Source: Chrysomallon squamiferum (taxonomy: Eukaryota > Animalia > Mollusca). From it: DNA of 64,000 nt. Position 1 is the stretch's first letter. Each line of letters opens with the position of its first letter. Below the pieces are notes generated by a model. The model made no database searches. It was not told the DNA's origin and was given only the letters and a program-made list of their open reading frames with translations. The DNA is taken from the NCBI GenBank assembly GCA_012295275.1, contig CM022665.1, positions 11,036,001-11,100,000 of the forward strand, read 5' to 3'. This document shows positions 1-12,758 of the stretch, in pieces. The position numbers and the translations under genes are program-made.

Positions 1-1126
1 TTAAACAAGGTATGACCCTAAGACTGAATGGGTTGGTAAGAACCATATTAAAATTAAAAACAAAATTTATTTTTGAATGTACCTCAGCAAAAAGCTAATT
101 TACATTTTTAAATACATGAGTAAAGGTCTACAGAAACTCTTCTCGTAACACTTTTATATAATGAAATAAAAATAAAATTTTGGTTTCTAAAAATATCTAC
201 TAAAATATCATGAGATAAACTGATCTGATTCATCTTGTATTAGAGAAAAAAATAATAATAAAAAATTCAGTTAATAAGATTTTGTTCTTTTTGACAGAAA
301 CATCATTAGCAAAATCCCCAATGGCTTTGACAACTTTCCGCTCATAAAACATAATTTCCAGCTCATAAAGCCAGCATATCTGTTTCAACCTCTCTCACAT
401 GTTGTGATCACAGACCCATAATAAGTATTTAGATCATCTGAATTAGCTCCAGGCTGTATCAAATACACATATAACAAAAAGAAAGAGTTGAGACATTTTA
501 AAATGTATTTTTAGTGGATCTTGAAATACCAAGTCTTTTCTTAGAGATTATAACAGGGTTTCCAGTAAATTAACCATGTCCATGAAAGGCAAGCTAGATC
601 AGAATTCTTTGGTGAAGTTAGCTGTTTTGCCCATGAAAGGTATACTTGAACAAAGTGTTCTGGTGATGTTAAAGGCATATACAGACACAAAATATTGATG
701 AAGTTAGAGACTGTGCCCATGAAAGGCATACATGAACAGTTTTATGAAAATAGTGGTTGTGTCACTAACAGGCATTTTACAATACTTGTGAAGTAATGTC
801 AGATAATATACCATAAACAAGTAAAAGCAAAACTAGCAATGAAAATGATAACAATAACAAGTAGCCATAAAAAAAAAAAATAATAACATAAGAAGAAGAA
901 GAAGAAGAAAATAATAATAAAAAAAGCAATAATAGTAGATGTAGATGTAGCTGTACTAGTGATAGTAGTAGTAGATGTAGTAGAAGCAGCAACAGCAGCT
1001 GTAATAGCTGTAATAGTAAAGGTAGTAGTAATATAACAATAGCAAAAATGATAACCACAATAACAACAGCATCACCACCACCACGAAGGATGACAACAAC
1101 AGTAATAATAACAATAATATACATAC

Positions 1127-1258
1127 CCTACACATACAAACAGTACATTTATCTTTCTCCCAGACCTCGCCTTCTTTCCGAACTGTTCCATTATCAGAAC
1201 AGCTTTTCAAACATTCACACTGTTCCAGCCCCAGTATTCTTTCTTCTGCCTGCAGAAG
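1127..1258 (-). CDS. NELL: NELL exon 7 (end of coiled coil and start of VWC repeat 1)
   Basis: Acceptor tactgtttcag|CTT, 132 nt, LLQAEERILGLEQCECLKSCSDNGTVRKEGEVWEKDKCTVCMCR containing the VWC W..D.C..C.C motif, donor AGG|GTATGT; phase 0-0. Confidence 0.96.
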
Positions 1259-1281
1259 CTGAAACAGTACAAGGACTATTA

Positions 1282-1665
1282 GCATCACTGGACTAAATGC
1301 AATAAATTCTAATAAGGTTATATTGCATCCCTGGATTAGCTACAATTAACTGTAATAAATGTAGTCTTGCATCCAAAGATCAGCTACAGTAAATTGCAAT
1401 AAGGTAGTCTTGCATCCAAGGATTAACCACAATAAACTCCAATAGGATTGTCTTGCATCCAAGGATTGATTGCAATAAACTCCAATAGGATTGTCTTGCA
1501 TCCAAGGATTGATTGCAATAAACTCCAATAGGATTGTCTTGCATCCAAGGATTAACTACAGTTAACTCCAGTAAAGTTATATTTCATCTCTGGATTAAGT
1601 TCAGTACATTCCAATAAAGTCGTCTTGCATGCCTGGACTAACTACAATAAGCTCTGATAAGATTA
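1282..1665. repeat. 43-bp minisatellite, about 9 copies
   Basis: Unit GCATCCAAGGATTGATTGCAATAAACTCCAATAGGATTGTCTT starting at about 1282, 1325, 1369, 1412, 1455, 1498, 1541, 1584 and 1627. Central copies are identical and outer copies are diverged. Confidence 0.95.
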
Positions 1666-2568
1666 TTATTTATTACTGTGACTAAATTAATATTTACTTA
1701 ATGACATCTTGTCAATTTTAACATGATTAATTGATATATGTCTAGCAGAGGTTTTTTTTTATTGTTGTTTAATGATGATTTGAAAGCAAGTAAACTTGCT
1801 TCATCCACCTCAGGGGCTTCTTTTATTAATAGGTATCAAAGGACTTTTTCTAAGTGGAACTTCTCACAAGCATGAATGCACATACCACAGTATGTGATGT
1901 ATCAGTAAATGAGATTTGGGTAGAATCAGAAATGGAAATTTAGACCAGGGAGGATGTTTGATTCAGAAATCCATAATTTCTCGTGATTTAACTAGAACTT
2001 GACATCATGAAAATCTGGTAGATTATTTAAACTGATGTTACCTTCTAAAATTTAAACAGTTAATAAAATATATTAATTAGATTTTAAAATCAAAGAAAAA
2101 CCACAAAAAAATTAGAAATTCTTTAAGGAATACATAACAACCATTTTGAATAAGATAATGCAGCTTGTTGTATAACCACTGCCACTTTACTTGTTTGTGA
2201 AATTTCCTGTAATTAAATCAAGGTGCCAGAAGGAAGCAGTAAACTTTGTATTTATAGTGTGACCTGAAGACACACATTCTGCACTGTAGCTAAATAAAGC
2301 AGTTAATATTGCCTTTTTATTATTTTTCTTTTGATAAGCCCTGGAATAATGTGTATGTGATTTAAGTGCAATGTATGTGGTGTGTGTGTGTATCAATGGA
2401 CAGACAGACACAGATTAATAGATGTATGTATGTGAGTGTTCAAGTCTGACTTTTGATCTGTGTGTAAGGATGTATGTATATGCACACATGTATGAAGGTG
2501 CAAATAAATGAGTACTTGTGTGCAGACAGTATCACATAAATATAAGTAATATATTAAAAGGTACGTAC

Positions 2569-2651
2569 CTTTAAAGACATATTTTGATATAAATTATACA
2601 TATGTTTAACTTTTTCTTCCAAAGCTTGATACTGAGCACAAGTAGGACATG
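2569..2651 (-). CDS. NELL: NELL exon 6 (CPTC motif and coiled coil)
   Basis: Acceptor ttgttttttcag|CA, 83 nt, ACPTCAQYQALEEKVKHMYNLYQNMSLK, donor AAG|GTACGT; phase 1-0. Not in the ORF track. Confidence 0.95.
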
Positions 2652-2849
2652 CTGAAAAAACAAAAACAAAAATATAAAATTATTTTATTATTAAATGAGA
2701 AATACTAAACAAGCATATTAATTTCTCTTGAAATATTATTATACAGTATTATACACAACAGCCTGAATGGCTCAAATAACAAAGAATAGCAAGCCATCTT
2801 TTATAATCCTGAATTTAAGATGTCATATACCATACAGCTGCAGATTTCA

Positions 2850-3420
2850 AACATTTTGTATCAGTGGTCTTCTTCATAATCCAGTGACTGAGATATCATT
2901 ATGCAGCACAATTTCAGTCAATGGTTCCCTGCATTCTATGACAATGCTCTACTTCGCAATCCAGAGACATCATTATATAAGACAGCACTATTTCAGTTAC
3001 AATTCCATGCATTCTAAGCCTGAAACTGTTTATAGTTCAGATATGTCATTAGATGATACATCGCAGTTTTAATCATGACACCATATATTTTGTATCAGTG
3101 ATCCACTTAATAATCTAGAGATGTCACTGGATGGTGCAGCACAGTTTCCATCATGATTCCCTGCATTCTGTGACAGTGGTCTGTTCATAATCAGAGATGT
3201 CACTAGATAATGTAGTATAATTTCAATCATGATTCCATGCATTTTATTCAGTGATCTACTTAATAATCGAGGTGTGTCATTAGATGAAGCAGCACTATTT
3301 TGTAATGATTCAAAGCATTCTGTGACAGTGGCCTGCTCATAATCCAGAGACATCGTTAGCTGATGTTCAGCTAAAAATTTCAGTTGTGATTTCATACATT
3401 CTGTATCGGTGATCTTCTTA
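2850..3420. repeat. Degenerate ~78-bp tandem repeat, about 8 copies
   Basis: CATT(C/T)TGT..CAGTG...ATAATC.AGAGA..TCA.TAGATG recurs at about 2852, 2932, 3010, 3087, 3164, 3240, 3317 and 3398. Confidence 0.85.
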
Positions 3421-3699
3421 TACTAGCTATAGATACAATACAGGACAGTATATTTCACTTCACTCAGTTCTGGCAGACTTGATAAAATCAGACATGTTTA
3501 TACGAGACAGTGAGGAAGTGATTCCACTTCTTGAGGAAATGATCTGACAGCCTCGAGATAACTGTTTGTGGTAAAGAAGAGTTAGGATGCTGAAGCAATG
3601 AATGAAGCTATGAATGAGTGAATGAATGAATAAATGGAAATGTTGTCACTTATATTAATATTAATTTAATATTAATAAAAACTAGTTGTCATCTTGACA

Positions 3700-3950
3700 A
3701 CTATTCAACATTAACATTATATGTTTTACAAATGATTAATAATGATAAGAGAAAGGAAACCTGATGCCGGAGGTTACACTTACTGATTAGCTGTAAAGGA
3801 TCTTTTATATGCACCTTCCCATGAAAGCAAAATAAATACCTGGTTTTTGATAAACCAACTGCTTGGAAAAGGAAATAGTGCTATGGGTATGGAAAAAAAT
3901 AGTGATCCCACATCAAACTGTATCAGATGCCAGAACTCAAACTACTTAGC
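3700..3950 (-). mobile_element. SINE remnant, same family
   Basis: AGAGAAAGGAAACCTG...TGATTAGCTGTAAAGGATCTTTTATATGCACCTTCCCA aligns with 19037-19115. Confidence 0.7.
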
Positions 3951-4064
3951 TACCAGTTTAGTCAAGTAGGCTTCATACTTTTACACAGTACATTAGCTTC
4001 TATACATAAATAACTAGATTAAATAAATTGTATAAATAAATAAATAAATAAATCATCCACCTAC

Positions 4065-4137
4065 CTGTGTCTTGCTGAGGACACTGTAACAAATACCCAT
4101 GTGATTGGGTTACTATTTTTACATCTTGTAAAGCCCC
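4065..4137 (-). CDS. NELL: NELL exon 5 (end of TSPN/LamG domain)
   Basis: Acceptor ctgttttacag|GGG, 73 nt, GALQDVKIVTQSHGYLLQCPQQDT, donor CAG|GTAGGT; phase 0-1. Not in the ORF track. Confidence 0.95.
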
Positions 4138-5091
4138 CTGTAAAACAGATAAAAACAGACAAAGATACTAAATATTAGTACTCTATAATTTTTGTTATTA
4201 TTTTCATGATAAAGATGTATGTAAATAGTTGAAATATATTTTTTAACTAATTGAAAACCAGGAAGGATGTGTGTAACAAACACATACAATGGATGTAAGC
4301 AACTCCTTGTAATTCTAAAGTCTGGCACAGGAAGAATTAATAAATAGAAGTTCATTTATTGTAACTAATGAATTTAACAGGATAAATTAAGTGAAAGAAA
4401 GTCTTTTGACAGCTATTTCAAAAGGTAGTGGATCTTTTTATTTGTAACATGAATGAATGAATAAATAAATAAAGAAAATGTAATAAATAAGTAAATAATT
4501 TAAAAAAAAGAGATAAAATTAAATAAAAAGTCATAAAAAAAAAAATCAGTAAATAAAAAAAAAAAATCATAAAATAAAAAAAAAAAATAATAAAAATAAA
4601 AAATAAAAAAAAAAAAATTAAATTAAAAAATATAAAATTAAAATAATTTGGAATAAAAAAAAAAACCAAAATAAATAAATATCTATCACTTTAAATATAT
4701 GCACCAAGCCAATATAATCATCAACCACACAGTATTTTTCTCACTATCTGCCATCAGCTAGACCCATCATGCAATGTAAAACCAGAAATGCATTACTTGT
4801 TTAAAAATATAAGAATACCCACGGTGCAGACAACATATGATACAGTTGTTATGAAATATTTATAAAGCAAATGTTCTTGAAATAGCACACTGGGTTTGAT
4901 CTTTAGACCGCCTTACGTGAAAGTGGGTGTGGAGTCGTCTTCCATCTTTAGATAGTTGGCAAGTAAATTAAACAAATCATTTAACTAATCTGACATAAAC
5001 AACAAGATGTCTGCATACCAGAGCTGTGAATAGATTGGCCCGTTTTGACTTGATAATATCATAGAAAACTTTAATTTTTAAAAAAAAGTAA

Positions 5092-5400
5092 AGAATACTA
5101 GTGTGCAACTCTAAGTTTTATAACTTGTTATCATAATGTTAAGATTAACAGTCAGAATACTAGTATTTAGAGCATTAATAGTATCATAACAAAACTAGTA
5201 TTTAGTGTATCAAAACTATTAACAGTTACAGTACTAGTATTTAGAGTATTAATTTTACCATAATATTTTATGTAGAGCATTGTGACTAGATACAATACTA
5301 GTATGAAAGCATTATGAATAATGTTACAATACTTGTATTTAGAATATTAACATAGCAATAAGTGTATTTAGAGTACCAAGACTGTTAACTGATACAGCAT
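5092..5400. repeat. Degenerate 30-37-bp tandem repeat
   Basis: Core AATACTAGTATTTAGAG(C/T)ATT repeated about 8 times. Confidence 0.8.
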
Positions 5401-5874
5401 TAAAAGGATACATAATAAGTATTCAGACTTTTATGATTTGCTAATCAAATTCAACAAAAAATATATAAATATTCTGGCTTTAGTTCTATGTAAGATCAAA
5501 TGAAATCATTAAATGGAGGGCATTCTATAGTATGAGAACATTTATAAAAAAAACAAAAAAAAAAACAAGGCTAAGATAATGTAAAACTTATTTTTTCCAA
5601 CAAACCCAGCCTTTGTTACTCTTTTGAAAAATCAGCTTTCAGACATTTTTCAATGACACAAATGTTTTTTGTTAAGTAAATAATAATAATTCTTGACACA
5701 GAAAGACTTACAGGATAAATCCATGAATAACATCCATAGAAAACATCCAGCTCTCCTCCTTTCACATGAAACACAAAATCTACACCTTTTTTTTAATGTA
5801 TAAAACACAAACTGAACATTCTGATTTCTGCATCTCCATTATTCCAGAATATTCATAAATCACTTATTACTTAC

Positions 5875-6148
5875 CCTAAAAAGTGCATGCTGGCCATTTC
5901 TTTGGCCTAAAAAAAGTGAGAGTTGTCTCCCTGCCGTGAACTCTTTATCCACAGTCTGTATCACCCGTTCATATACTTTGCTACAGTTTACTAACAAAGT
6001 CACATGTGTGCCACTTAGTGTCAGTGCCACCTTGTGCCATGTGTTGTCAGCTAGTCTGTATGGGAATGTTTCGACACGTACTTGTTGGTCATGTGTGTAA
6101 TGGAAACGTATTTCATCTCGTCTTCCACTACTTTCGATTTCTAAAAAT
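5875..6148 (-). CDS. NELL: NELL exon 4 (core of TSPN/LamG domain)
   Basis: Acceptor tgactttcag|A, 274 nt, FLEIESSGRRDEIRFHYTHDQQVRVETFPYRLADNTWHKVALTLSGTHVTLLVNCSKVYERVI...LFLGQRNGQHALFR, donor AGG|GTAAGT; phase 2-0. Confidence 0.97.
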
Positions 6149-7334
6149 CTGAAAGTCAAAAAATTTATATTAAATAATTATGGCAGTGGTGAAATAAACC
6201 TATTTTGGCTTTCTAAATATAAATGGGTTTTTAATAATTACAGGAGTTGTGACAGTTTAAGAAATGTTGGTATTATAAAGGTATATTCATTAAAGGTTGG
6301 ATGCTAGTACATTTTTCATCATATCTAATAATGAAGAATAAATATTTATCTAAAATCATATATCTATCTATCTATATATGTATTTGTCTGCTTGAAATAA
6401 AACTCTTCCTTTTATTTAAAATCAATATTTCAAGTTTTTATTAATAATATATTTATTAATAAAAACTTGAAATAAACCCTAATTTGCTGATGTATCAAAG
6501 CATCTGTTTGTCTGAGATAAATTGATTATATAATGTGTAATTGAAAAATGAATATAACTTCTTTCTTTTCTTGCCAAAAGATTCCACTGAGCAATTTATC
6601 TGGGAGACATATTAGCCAACTGTTTGCAATATTGTCTGGCAGGCAGTGTTATGACCTTCACCCTCCTGCCCCAGTAAGAGAAAAGATACATAAGGAAGAT
6701 GAAGAATAAAGTAAAAAAAGTAAAAAACCCAGATGAATCAGTAGGATGATAAATGAAATAAAAGAAAAAAAAAAGGTCAAGAAAGAAAAGAAAAAGAAAA
6801 GATAAATTTTAAAAAAACCCAGGAAATTGAAAGCAATAGCTATGGATGAACTAAAACATAATTGTAATAATATATTTTTAAAAAGCAGGATTTAGCGTAC
6901 TGACATCATTAATGGATGATATCAAAATACACAGTGTTTTTAAGCAAGTAATGACTACATATTATCATCATCACCACCATCAGTAATAATAAACATAATA
7001 CTAATACTAATAATTATAGCAATAACAGTAACATCAAACAAAACTAACAACAAGATAATAAATAAATAAATAAACAATGAATTTAAAAAAATAAATAAAT
7101 AAAATTATTTAATTTAAGAACCATGATATTTATTGATTTTAATTTTCAACTAATGGTAAAACAATCCTTGATAAATAATTTGATTCAGTGTATTGGAAGA
7201 GATTAAACTTATTATTTCAAATTAGATTATATCTAATTAATTAATGAATATTTAACTTCACAGCAGAATTTTAAAGAAAAAAAGGTAATTGGGTAATACA
7301 TAAAATTTTTGAAAAGATAAAATCTAACAGAAAA

Positions 7335-7485
7335 GATCCTATGCTGTGGAGTACAGAGCTGGAGACTGCAGGTTCAGTTCTCCTCATTAAAGGCAGTGCC
7401 TCACATTTGGCTCATTAAAAGCTGGTTTGTGTTTTCCTGTCTATTGGGAAATGCATATAACTAATCACAGATTTTGCTAATATTT
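7335..7485 (+). mobile_element. SINE fragment
   Basis: B-box-like CAGGTTCAGTTCT, then GTGTTTTCCTGTCTATTGGGAAATGCATATAA...TTGCTAAT. Confidence 0.5.
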
Positions 7486-8884
7486 ATATTTCAAATATAA
7501 TTTATTTTTTTTAAATGAAAACAAACATAGTTCTGCTAAAATTAACAAAACGATAAACGATTTTCAAAATAACTATCATGGCTTGATGATGAAGACTTCT
7601 GTTACAGACATGAAGCAAAATGTCTACCAGATGCACGTGGCATGGAGAAGGAAGTAGATCTGTCAGAAATAACACGATTACTCTAGTCAATCAGGCCACT
7701 GTACAACAACTTTGGCCAATTATACACCAGCTTCCTATCAACATCCAATCATGGCCTAACATCTGGGATAATTGTTTGACATAATGGGTGAAGGTGTCAC
7801 ATTATCCTTCCATCACTGTTTCCCCATAGCTCTTGAGTAATTATATAAAATGTGTTAATAAAAGTACTCAAGCAACTAATTTAGAAATGCCTGTTAGAAT
7901 GGGAGAAACATGGAAATTAATGGAATTTAATTCTTTACAGAGAACAAAAATATTGTCTAATTAAATGTGAGTAAACTGGAATGATGACATAAAAAAAAAT
8001 CTTGTTATACATTCTCCAGATTCTTAATGCATACAGTTATTTAATATGATATTAATAGTGTGTGGTTTTTTATTTCCAACCTGACTCAATTAATTTAAAC
8101 AATAACTGTAGATAACCCATGTTTCTGGGCCAAAGATATAACAGAATGGTGTAACAGTTAGCTTTTTGTAATATCAGAATTATTAACAGAATTTGTGCAG
8201 CAAAAATAGATCATATTTGTGTCTCAGTCCTTTTCATTTTGAAAATAATTAATTAATTCTATTTTACAAAAAGCTACTTTCCATTTATAGCCTTTTTTTT
8301 CTTTTAAACTTATGAAGAAAATACATATGTGTGTGCATGCAAGCATACTAAATGTAATTAGGCTATTTGTTAAAAATCTAATAGCTATACTTTAAGTTTC
8401 AAGAAAAAAAAAAATCTAATAAAATATATATTGTACTACTGTGGCTTAACAATCATGATTATTTTTATTTTTGGAAATAATCAATTTATTATTTTAGCAA
8501 TAATTCACTGACCATGTTAACACTGAGGTATATTCTCATATTAATAGAATTCAAATATGAATGTCTGCTTGTGTGTGTATGTTTATGTTTATACAGGTAT
8601 GTGTGTATGAAAAATATAAAGCAAAGATTCAAAGATCTATTCATGATGCACTCCAACTTTCTTGAAACATAAAAAAACAAATTATCAACAGACAGGATAA
8701 AAACAACGACAACATCAACACCAACAAAAAATAAAATAAAAAACAATACATCAAAGATTTGAATTTAACAAAATATTCCCATGGTATGATGATGTACAAA
8801 TTACCAGAAAACAAAGGTGTTATGTGATATGAATATATATTAGTTAGATATATAACTTTATGACGCAGAGTTAAAACAACTTAC

Positions 8885-9035
8885 CTGTATATATCTGAAG
8901 AAAATGCTAAAATGCTGCCAGAATCTCCTATGTCTTGTCTCACTGTAGCTAAAAATGTGATTTCATTATGGTCTCGTAGTAACTGGAGTGCTCTGTCTGT
9001 CACAGCTTTTGGTAATAATATTTTTCTAGCTGGAT
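8885..9035 (-). CDS. NELL: NELL exon 3 (TSPN/LamG domain)
   Basis: Acceptor caaatttcag|AT, 151 nt, DPARKILLPKAVTDRALQLLRDHNEITFLATVRQDIGDSGSILAFSSDIYR, donor CAG|GTAAGT; phase 1-2. Confidence 0.95.
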
Positions 9036-11499
9036 CTGAAATTTGAAAAGAAAGGTTGTAAACGTATATATGCATGTGCACCTATATCAATACAAACTAA
9101 AGAGAGAAAGAAGAGGAGACAGAGAGATAGACAGACAGAAAGAAAGATAACTATAGAAAGAGGTAGAAAGATAGGGAGATGTTAGTAAGAAAGATAAAGA
9201 GGGAAATATAGAGAAAGAGAAAAAGTGAGGGAAAGTCAGAAGAAAAATGTTAGCCAGTTGTGTTTTATAATTGTCCATTTCTAAAAACAATATCATCAGC
9301 ATCACTGGAAATCCAGATTTTAAACAGCAGAAATGTAAGACACAATCATAAATAACCAGTATAATCAAGTTAATACACATTTATAAAACACTGAGAACAA
9401 TTTTAAAATTATTACAGTTATATTCGATTAATTATTTAAAAAATTAAATTATCAGTTAAATATGTATCTAACAAAGAAAAAAAGATATGGCAATTATTGC
9501 TCATATTTATATAACAGCTTGGTTTCAAATTGCTTTCAGATGACATTAAAATGTGCTATCACAAACACAAACAGCTGTTTCTGCCATAAATGGAGAACAT
9601 GAAGTGCCACCACTGGAAATCCCCAGTTCTATTAATAAACTGCTCCCAAGTCTCCTTGCTGAGAGATTGCATGGGTGTCATCACTGTAAAAGCAGGGTTT
9701 TGTAACTGGTAACATGTTTTTTTGAAATGGTTTGGTTATCAGACACTGGCTGGCTACATATTTTTGTGCATAGATATTTAAATGCATGTTTTCAGTGATG
9801 ACTTTTAGGAATTACAAAGATTAAAACAAACCCCCCAAAAAACAATAATGAGTCAAAATATTCTGATAATAAATGAGAGTAGAGACCATTTTGGGTCTTT
9901 TGACTCTCCCATTGATTATAATTATGGTTTATTTCTTGATGAGAATTTAGATTCATTTTGTGATGTATTGTTGTTATTCAGAGGCTATTTTAAGGGTTAT
10001 TTGTGGAATTATTCAAGTGTTAATGTTGTGGTCATTTCAGATAATATTTCTACCTTCTTTTGTGGAGTATATCTATGACATCTTAGAGTTTATTTCTGTG
10101 ATGTTTTCATAAATATTCAAGAGATTAATTTTCTGTAATTTTTTGGGAATAATTCTATTATACTTTGAGCATTATTTCTGAGATATTTCAGGGGATTATT
10201 TGTGATGTTATTTTCATCTTTTAACATAAGCTTAAAGTAATAAGCTAAGACATAAATAAAAGTTGACAGGAGGCACATAGTTATCCTCAATCCAAAAGCA
10301 TACACGTGCAACCCATTAACCATGCAGACAGGAAATGATGAAATAAAACCAAAATTTTCTTCTTTTAAAAATCACCCACCTCCAAAAAAAAAAAATAAAT
10401 AAATAAAAAAAAAAAAAATAAAAATAAATAAATAAAATAAATAAAATGAAAGGTTCAGGGCAGGGATAAAACTGAAATAAAAAAAAATCTCAGTTGAAGC
10501 CTGAAAATGCTGAATGATGTTTAAGAATAGTCAGTAACGGCAACAAAACTTTACACAAAAGTGGGAAAAAAAAAAAAAGTGTTTCAGATTTACACACTCT
10601 TCTGGATATCTGTTTATAATGATGTCTAAAATTATCTTTTTGAGCAAACATTGCAAAGCTTCTGTCTTTTTCCTTCTGTTCATTAATTAATCAGTAATTT
10701 GAAACATACCTGTTTTCACTATAACTATATGTGTGTGTGTGTGTGTGTGTGTGAGCCTACAATATGGAAGTTTAGGTTATCTGTGCAAGATGCTCTAGAA
10801 GTCTAACAACTTCTGTATTAGCTCTAAGCCAGTATAAAGGTGTGATCCTAGAACATGCCACTTTTAAAGCCTGTGTTTAACTACAGCTTCTCTTATTATT
10901 ATTGTTACACTTATTATTATCATTATCATCAACTTCATCATCATTACTTTTATTCTTATTCCTGTTGTTTGATAAGCTCTTCTGATTTCAGAATAAATAA
11001 AAAAAATTAAAAAAAATAAATAAGAAAATCTTGAAATAATTTAATAACATTTTTAAAAAGCAAGTTAAGTAAAGAAAAGTGCAATAGGTAAATTAATAAA
11101 AAAAATAAAAATAAAACAAAAATAAAACAAACAAACAAAAATCAGTGAAAAAAGCTACAATAAAATCAAGTAAGAAAAATCAAATCAAATAATCAAATAA
11201 ATAAATAAGGTGGTTTCAAAAGAAATAAGCAATAAAAGTAATAAAAAATTCTAATATTGCTAAGAAGATTAATCATATGGCTTTATTTTTTGCTACTGAA
11301 TGAAAACTGATATGACTTTTCTCTTCACTGCAAACACAGCTGCTTTGAAAAGATTAATGTTTTATGAAAATAAGTATAATAGATCAGAAGTCCATTAACA
11401 GAATAGGCAGTTCCAAGCTTTGGGAAGAGTGTTACAACCAGGAACAAGGTGAATTAAGAGAAAAGAAGTTGAAATACAAATAGAAGTTTTTAAAGGAAA

Positions 11500-11531
<32 letters not shown>

Positions 11532-11701
11532 GGTGAGGGGCCAACTGTAATTGGTATGGATTAAGCCAGAGTATTTAATATTTTAGACTTTAAAATTCGA
11601 TGTTTCTGGATTTATCTAATGATAACTACTTCATATATAATTGGTGAAAAGCTTGAGTATTTTCATAGTTATGAATAAATTTAGCTGAGTATAACACAAA
11701 T

Positions 11702-11737
<36 letters not shown>

Positions 11738-12716
11738 CAAAAATAATAATAGTAAAAAAAAAAAAAAAATTAAATAAAGAAAGAAAGAAATTATTAAATA
11801 AAGAAATAAAGAAAATTTTAATTCTAAGTGACTAACAATGCAGTGAAATCATTCACATTAAATTTCATCATCCATTCTTGGTTTTCAAGTATCATCACTA
11901 CTTTTAAGACATAGAAGTATAAAAGAAAAATGTTACTGAAGCAGTGGTGAATATTAAAAGTATAAGACACACAGAGAGAAAGAAAGAGAGGTAGGAAGAG
12001 TGAGAGAAAAAAGAACAAGAGAATGATAGAGACAGATATAAAGAAACAGACTGGCAGAAAAAAATAGAAAGAGAAAGACTGATGGGGAAGCAAAACATCC
12101 AAGAAATGTATCAGTCTAAATCTTTTCATGACCATACACAAACATTTAAGTTGTAGTTGCCTTACTGAAAAAGCCAATACATTTTCTACATGTCATTCTA
12201 CTCTAAAGATTGTGATTTGCAACCTCATGAATATTCATCAGGACACTAGGGAGAAAAGAGAAATTACTTTTTACAGTTCAAGTCAGATGATGATAACTTG
12301 TGATCTCTTAGGAAATTTAAATGAAGAAGAAAGAAATAATGTCTTAAGTACATTTTGGTCAAAACTGTAAAAAATGTTTTTTACAAAGTTAAAATATTTC
12401 TGAATGCTAATACATTATAATATCTTCACTGAAGATATACATACTTTCTTAAACTAGGATCATCTTGTAAAAGGATAAAAATCATCTTAGAAAAAGGAAA
12501 AATAAAGAAAAAAAGAAAAATGAATATGATTTAAAAATTTCACAAATGGCTAAATCAGAAATATTTCTCTAAAACCAACCTAATGATCAATTCAGTCAGT
12601 ATTATTAATAAATGTAAAATATAATATTGTCTGGTCAGGTATTTAAAAGAACTGTTTAAATCATTTATTAATTTTATGCTGAATATTTCACTTTCTTCAT
12701 CACTTAAATTATATAT

Positions 12717-12758
<42 letters not shown>

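Noticed and set aside
1-1120. Next NELL exon (second half of VWC1, expected C.P..C...CC..C)
   Set aside because: No such Cys pattern was found, so it presumably lies outside the window.
777-1124. Hydrophobic ORF 777-1124, ORF 1048-1296 and the tail of ORF 956-1288
   Set aside because: Translations of degenerate trinucleotide repeats; the real exon ends at the GTATGT donor at 1126.
1282-1665. Regularly spaced repeat superficially like a CRISPR array
   Set aside because: Whole units repeat with no unique spacers, there are no cas genes, and the context is a eukaryotic intron.
2187-2290. Possible exon cag|AATGTGTG... (ECVSSGHT...) between exons 6 and 7
   Set aside because: No NELL similarity, and exons 6 and 7 already join in phase 0.
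2767-3395. ORFs of 101 aa and 108 aa
   Set aside because: They run through the 78-bp tandem repeat, with no domain signature or splice support.
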